Source: Eledone cirrhosa (Eukaryota). From it: a DNA stretch of 64,000 nucleotides. This document shows positions 56,601 to 64,000 of the stretch, in pieces. The position numbers and the translations under genes are program-made. The stretch lies in NCBI GenBank assembly GCA_964016885.1, contig OZ024740.1:391716001-391780000 (forward strand), in the 5' to 3' direction. Within the stretch, counting starts at the first letter, position 1; each line of letters begins with the position of its first letter. The notes beneath the pieces were generated by a model, which saw nothing but the letters and a program-made list of their open reading frames with translations, was not told the DNA's origin and searched no databases.

Positions 56601-59600
56601 AGCATTGTTTGGAGTGGTATTGGCACCAGCACTGTTTGGAGTGGTACTGGCACCAGCATTGTTTGTAATAGTATTGGCACCAGTATTGTTTGGAGTGGTA
56701 TTGGCACCAGCATTGTTTGCAATGGTATTGGCACCAGCATTGTTTGGAGTGGTATTGGCAACAGCATTGTTTGGAATGGTATTGGCACCAGCATTGTTTG
56801 GAATGGTATTGGCACCAGCATTGTTTGGAATGGTATTGGCACCAGCATTGTTTGTAATGGTATTGGCACCAGCATTGTTTGGAGTGGTATTGGCACCAGC
56901 ATTGTTCAGAATGGTATTGGCACCAGTATTGTTTGGAGTGGTATTGGCACCAGCATTGTTTGGAATGGTATTGGCACCAGCATTATTTGTAGTGTTATTG
57001 GTACCACCATTGTTTGGAATGGTATTGGCACCAGCATTGTTTGGAATGGTATTGGCATCAGCACTGTTTGGACTGGTATTGGCACCAGAATCGTTTGGAA
57101 TGGTATTGGCACCAGCATTGCTTGGAATGGTATTGGCACCAGCATTGTTTGGAGTGGTATTGGCCCCAGCATTGTTTGGAATGGTATTGGCACCAGCATT
57201 GTTTGGAATGGTATTGGCACCAGCATTGTTTGGAATGGTATTGGCACCAGCATTGTTTGGAGTGATATTGGTACCAGCATTGTTTAGAATGGTATTGGCA
57301 CCTGCATTGTTTGGAATGGTATTGGCACCAGCATTGTTTGTAATGGTATTGGCACCAGTATTGTTTGGAATGGTATTGGCACCAGCATTGTTTGGAATGG
57401 TATTGGCACCAGCATTGTTTGGAATGGTATTGGCACCAGCATTGTTTGGAATGGTATTGGCACCAGCATTGTTTGGAATGGTATTGGCACCAGCATTGTT
57501 TGGAATGGTATTGGCACCAGCGTTGTTTGGAGTGCTATTGGCACCAGCATTGTTTGGAGTGATATTGGCACCAGCATTGTTTGGAATGGTATTGGCACCA
57601 GCATTGTTTGGGGTGGTATTGGCACCAGCATTGTTTTGAATGGTATTGGCACCAGCATTGTTTGGAATGGTATTGGCACCAGCACTGTTTGGAGTGGTAC
57701 TGGCACCAGCATTGTTTGTAATAGTATTGGCACCAGTATTGTTTGGAGTGGGATTGGCACCAGCATTGTTTGCAATGGTATTGGCACCAGCATTGTTTGG
57801 AGTGGTATTGGCACCAGCATTGTTTGGAATGGTATTGGCACCAGCATTGTTTGGAATGGTATTGGCACCAGCATTGTTTGGAATGGTATTGGCACCAGCA
57901 TTGTTTGGAGTGGTATTGGCACCAGCATTGTTCGGAATGGTATTGGCACCAGTATTATTTGGAGTGTTATTGGCACCAGCATTGTTTGGAATGGTATTGG
58001 CACCAGCATTATTTGTAGTGTTATTGGTACCACCATTGTTTGGAATGGTATTGGCACCAGCATTGTTTGGAATGGTATTGGCACCAGAATCGTTTGGAAT
58101 GGTATTGGCACCAGCATTGTTTGGAGTGGTATTGGCACCAGCATTGTTTGGAATGGTATTGGCACCAGCATTGTTTGGAATGGTATTGGCACCAGCATTG
58201 CTTGGAATGGTACTGGCACCAGCATTGTTTGGAGTGGTATTGGCCCCAGCATTGTTTGGAGTGGTATTGGCACCAGCATTATTTGTAGTGTTATTGGTAC
58301 CACCATTGTTTGGAATGGTATTGGCACCAGCATTGTTTGGAATGGTATTGGCATCAGCACTGTTTGGAATGGTATTGGCACCAGAATCGTTTGGAATGGT
58401 ATTGGCACCAGCATTGCTTGGAATGGTATTGGCACCAGCATTGCTTGGAGTGGTATTGGCCCCAGCATTGTTTGGAATGGTATTGGTACCAGATTGTTTG
58501 GAATGGTATTGGCACCAGCATTGTTTGGAATGGTATTGGCACCAGCATTGTTTGGAGTGGTATTGGTACCAGCATTGTTTGGAATGGTATTGGCACCTGC
58601 ATTGTTTGGAATGGTATTGGCACCAGCATTGTTTGTAATGGTATTGGCACCAGTATTGTTTGGAATGGTATTGGCACCAGCATTGTTTGGAATGGTATTG
58701 GCACCAGCATTGTTTGGAATGGTATTGGCACCAGCATTGTTTGGAATGGTATTGGCACCAGCATTGTTTGGAATGGTATTGGCACCAGCATTGTTTGGAG
58801 TGGTATTGGCACCAGCAATTTTTGGAATGGTATTGGCACCAGCATTGTTGGGAATGGTATTGGCACCAGCATTGTTTGGAGTGGTATTGGCACCAGCATT
58901 GTTTGGAGTGGTATTGGCACCAGCATTGTTTGGAATGGTATTGGCACCAGCATTGTTTGGAATTGTATTGGCACCAGCATTTTTTGGAATGGTATTGGCA
59001 CCAGCATTGTTTGTAATGATATTGGTACCAGCATTGTTTGTAATGGTATTGGCACCAGCATTGTTTGGAATGGTATTGGCACCAGCATTGTTTGGAATGG
59101 TATTGGCACCAGCATTGTTTGGAGTGGTATTGGCACCAGCATTGTTTGGAATGGTATTGGCACCAGCATTGTTTGGAATGGTATTGGCACCAGCACTCTT
59201 TGGAGTGGTACTGGCACCAGCATTGTTTGTAATAGTATTGGCACCAGTATTGTTTGGAATGGTATTGGCACCAGCATTGTTTGTAATGGTATTGGCACCA
59301 GCATTGTTTGGAGTTGTATTGGCACCAGCATTGTTCGGAATGGTATTGGCACCAGTATTGTTTGGAGTGGTATTGGCACCAGTATTGTTTGGAATGGTAT
59401 TGGCACCAGCATTATTTGTAGTGTTATTGGTACCACCATTGTTTGGAATGGTATTGGCACCAGCACTGTTTGGAGTGGTACTGGCACCAGCATTGTTTGG
59501 AATGGTATTGGCACCAGAATCGTTTAGAATGGTATTGGCACCAGCATTGTTTGGAGTGGTATTGGCACCAGCATTGTTTGGAATGGTATTGGCACCAGCA

Positions 59601-62600
59601 TTGTTTGGAATGGTATTGGCACCAGCATTGCTTGGAATGGTACTGGCACCAGCATTGTTTGGAGTGCTATTGGCCCCAGCATTGTTTGGAGTGGTATTGG
59701 CACTAGCATTGTTTGGAGTGGTATTGGCACCAGCATTGTTTGGAGTGGTATTGGCACCAGCATTGTTTGGAATGGTATTGGCACCAGCATTGTTTGGAGT
59801 GGTATTGGAACCAGCATTGTTTGGAATGGTATTGGCACCAGCATTGTTTGGAATGGTATTGGCACCAGCATTGTTTGGAATTGCATTGGCACCAGCATTG
59901 TTTGGAATGGTATTGGCACCAGCATTGTTTGGAATGGTATTGGCACCAGCATTGTTTGGCGTGGTATTGGCACCAGCATTGTTTGGAATGGTATTGGCAC
60001 CAGCATTGTTTGGAATGGTATTGGCACCAACATTGTTTGTAGTGGTATTGGCACCAGCATTGTTTGGAGTGGTATTGGCACTAGCATTGTTTGGAATGGT
60101 ATTGGCACCAGCATTGTTTGAAGTGGTATTGGCACCAGCATTGTTTGGAATGGTATTGGCACTAGCATTGTTTGGAATGGTATAGGTACCAGCATTGTTT
60201 GCAATGGTATTGGCACCAGCATTGTTTGGAATAGTATTGGCACCAGCATTGTTTGGAATGGTATTGGCACCAGCATTGTTTGGAGTGGTATTGGCACGAG
60301 CATTGTTTGGAATCGTATTGGCACGAGCATTGTTTGGAATGGTATTGGCACCAGCATTGTTTGTAATGGTATTGGCACCAGCATTGATTGGAATGGTATT
60401 GGCACCAGCATTGTTTGGAATGGTATTGGCACCAGCATTGTTTGGAAGGGTATTGGCACCAGCATTGTTTGGAATGGTATTGGCACCAGCATTGTTTGGA
60501 GTGATATTGGCACCAGCATTGTTTGGAGTGGTATTGGCACCAGCATTGTTTGGAGTGGTATTGGCACCAGCATTGTTTGGAATGGTATTGGCACCAGCAT
60601 TGTTTGGAATGGTATTGGCACCAGCATTGTTTGGACTGGTATTGGCACCAGCATTGTTTGGAATGGTATTGGCACCAGCATTGTTTGGAGTTGTATTGGC
60701 ACCAGCATTGTTTGGAATGGTATTGGCACCAGCATTGTTTGGAGTGCTATTGGCACCAGCATTGTTTGGAGTGGTATTGGCACCAGCATTGTTTGGAATG
60801 GTATTGGCACCAGCATTGTTTGGAATGGTATTGGGACTAGCATTGTTTGGAATTGTATTGGCACCAGCATTTTTTTGGAATGGTATTGGCACCAGCATTG
60901 TTTGTAATGATATTAGCACCAGCATTGTTTGGAATGGTATTGGCACCAGCATTGTTTGGAATGGTATTGGCACCAGCATTGTTTGGAATTGTATTGGCAC
61001 AAGCATTGTTTGGAATGGTATTGGCACCAGCATTGTTTGGAATGGTATTGGCACCTGCATTGTTTGGAATGGTATTGGCACCAGCATTGTTTGGAGTGGT
61101 ATTGGCACCAGCACTGTTTGGAGTGGTACTGGCACCAGCATTGTTTGCAATAGTATTGGCACCAGTATTGTTTGGAGTGGTATTGGCACCAGCATTGTTT
61201 GCAATGGTATTGGCACCAGCATTGTTTGGAGTGGTATTGGCAACAGCATTGTTTGGAATGGTATTGGCACCAGCATTGTTTGGAATGGTATTGGCACCAG
61301 CATTGTTTGGAGTGGTATTGACACCAGCATTGTTTGGAATGGTATTGGCACCAGCATTGTTTGGAGTGGTATTGGCACCAGCATTGTTTGGAGTTGTATT
61401 GGCACCCGCATTGTTTGGAATGGTATTGGCACCAGCATTGTTTGGAGTGGTATTGGCACCTGCATTGTTTGGAGTGGTATTGGCACTAGCATCGTTTGGA
61501 ATGGTATTGGCACCAGCATTGTTTGGAGTGGTATTGGCACCAGCATTGTTTGGAATGGTATTGGCACTAGCATTGTTTGGAATGGTATTGGTACCAGCAT
61601 TGTTTGGAATGGTATTGGCACCAGGATTGTTTGTAATGGTATTGGCACCAGCATTGTTTGGAATGGTATTGGCACCAGCATTGTTTTGGAATGGTATTAG
61701 CACCAGCATTGTTTGGAATACTATTAGAACCAGCATTGTTTGGAATGGTATTGGTACTAGCATTGTTTGGAATGGTATTGGCACCAGTATTGTTTGGAGT
61801 GGTATTGGCACCAGCATTGTTTGCAATGGTATTGGCACCAGCATTGTTTGGAGTGGTATTGGCACCAGCATTATTTGGAATGGTATTGGCACCAGCATTG
61901 TTTGGAATGGTATTGGCACCAGCATTGTTTGGAATGGTATTGGCACCAGCATTGTTTGGAGTTGTATTGGCACCAGCATTGTTCGGAATGGTATTGGCAC
62001 CAGTATTGTTTGGAGTGGTATTGGCACCAGTATTGTTTGGAATGGTATTGGCACCAGCATTATTTGTAGTGTTATTGGTACCACCATTGTTTGGAATGGT
62101 ATTGGCACCAGCATTGTTTGGAATGGTATTGGCACCAACATTGTTTGGAGTGGTATTGGCACCAGCATTGTTTGGAGTAGTATTGGCACCAGCATTCTTT
62201 GGAATGGTATTGGCACCAGCATTGTTTGGAATGGTATTGTCACCAGCTTTGTTTGCAATGGTATTGGCACCAGCATTGTTTGGAATGGTATTGGCACCAG
62301 CATTGTTTGGAATGGTATTGGCACCAACATTGTTTGGAGTGGTATTGGCACCAGCATTGTTTGGAGTAGTATTGGCACCAGCATTGTTTGGAATGGTATT
62401 GGCACCAGCATTGTTTGGAATGGTATTGTCACCAGCTTTGTTTGCAATGGTATTGGCACCAGCATTGTTTGGAATGGTATTGGCACCAGCATTGTTTGGA
62501 GTAGTATTGGCACCAGCATTGTTTGGAATAGTATTGGCACCAGCATTGTTTGGAATAGTATTGGCACCAGCATTGTTTGGAGTAGTATTAGCACCAGCAT

Positions 62601-64000
62601 TGTTTGTAATGGTATTGACACCAGCATTGTTTGGAGTAGTATTGGCACCAGCATTGTTTGTAATGGTATTGGCACCAGCATTGTTTGGAGTAGTATTGGC
62701 ACCAGCATTGTTTGGAATGGTATTGGCACCAGCATTGTTTGGAATGGTATTGGCACCAGCTTTGTTTGGAATAGTATTGGCACCAGCATTGTTTGGAGTA
62801 GTATTGACACCAGGATTGTTTGGAATAGTATTGGCACCAGCATTGTTTTGAATAGTATTGGCACCAGCATTGTTTGGAATAGTATTGGCACCAGCATTGT
62901 TTGGAGTAGTATTGGCACCAGCATTGTTTGGAATAGTATTGGCACCAGCATTGTTTGGAGTAGTATTGGCACCAGCATTGTTTGTAATGGTATTGGCACC
63001 AGCATTGTTTGGAGTAGTATTGGCACCAGCATTGTTTGGAATGGTATTGGCACCAACATTGTTTAGAGTGGTATTGGCACCAGCATTGTTTGGAATTTTA
63101 TTGGCACCAACATTGTTTGGAATGGTATTGGCACCAACCTTGTTTGGAGTGGTATTGGCACCAGCATTGTTTGGAATGGTATTGGCACCAGCATTGTTTG
63201 GAGTGGTATTGACACCAGCATTGTTTGGAATGGTATTGGCACCAGCATTGTTTGGAGTGGTATTGGCACCAGCATTGTTTGGAGTGGTATTGGCACCCGC
63301 ATTGTTTGGAATGGTATTGGCACCAGCATTGTTTGGAGTGGTATTGGCACCAGCATTGTTTGGAGTGGTATTGGCACTAGCATTGTTTGGAATGGTATTG
63401 GCACCAGCATTGTTTGGAGTGGTATTGGCACCAGCATTGTTTGGAATGGTATTGGCACTAGCATTGTTTGGAGTGGTATTGGCACTAGCATTGTTTGGAA
63501 TGGTATTGGCACCAGCATTGTTTGGAGTGGTATTGGCACCAGCATTGTTTGGAGTGGTATTGGCACCCGCATTGTTTGGAATGGTATTGGCACCAGCATT
63601 GTTTGGAGTGGTATTGGCACCCGCATTGTTTGGAATGGTATTGGCACCAGCATTGTTTGGAATGGTATTGGCACCAGCACTGTTTGGAGTGGTACTGGCA
63701 CCAGCATTGTTTGTAATAGTATTGGCACCAGTATTGTTTGGAGTGGTATTGGCACCAGCATTGTTTGCAATGGTATTGGCACCAGCATTGTTTGGAGTGG
63801 TATTGGCAACAGAATTGTTTGGAATGGTATTGGCACCAGCATTGTTTGGAATGGTATTGGCACCAGCATTGTTTGGAATGGTATTGGCACCAGCATTGTT
63901 TGTAATGGTGTTGGCACCAGCATTGTTTGGAGTGGTATTGGCACCAGCATTGTTCAGAATGGTATTGGCACCAGTATTGTTTGGAGTGGTATTGGCACCA
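23681..64000. repeat. 27-bp tandem satellite/minisatellite array, >40 kb, runs off the window
   Basis: Consensus TTGTTTGGA(A/G)TGGTATTGGCACCAGCA, ~1,490 units, single orientation, sharp left boundary, no TE or microsatellite interruptions seen, about 11 small indels seen. Confidence 0.98.

Noticed and set aside
23656-63950. Giant ORFs (up to 4,108 aa) as bona fide genes
   Set aside because: They follow automatically from a stop-free 27-bp unit, overlap in all frames, switch peptide type at indels and have no unique domains. Not annotated as CDS; the residual coding hypothesis is kept as a finding.
23681-64000. CRISPR array (27-bp repeats)
   Set aside because: Units are head-to-tail with no unique spacers, there are no cas genes, and the context is eukaryotic.

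Overview
Eukaryotic, repeat-dominated DNA, very likely octopod cephalopod. This rests on the abundant (TA)n/(TG)n tracts and on tRNA-derived SINEs that I recall as Octopus-type; it is not a database result. No intact host protein gene is evident. Bases 1-23.7 kb are a transposon-rich region containing: (i) a 5'-truncated Penelope-like element (PLE; RT + GIY-YIG, + strand) whose 3' pseudo-LTR carries a type I hammerhead ribozyme with a greatly extended stem II and is copied, inverted, at the 5' truncation point; (ii) two short fold-back elements of another family, one with a near-canonical minimal hammerhead; (iii) a second, Neptune-like 5'-truncated PLE on the minus strand plus a solo copy of its 3' end; (iv) a Tc1/mariner-type MITE, a non-autonomous Buster-type hAT element with an exact 8-bp TSD, and several SINEs. 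Most PLE-type inserts sit in (TA)n tracts. From 23,681 to the window end (>40 kb, ~1,490 units) is one 27-bp tandem array (TTGTTTGGARTGGTATTGGCACCAGCA). Its consensus is stop-free in all six frames and it shows layered higher-order duplications. Most ORFs in the supplied track are artefacts of this array or of microsatellites.
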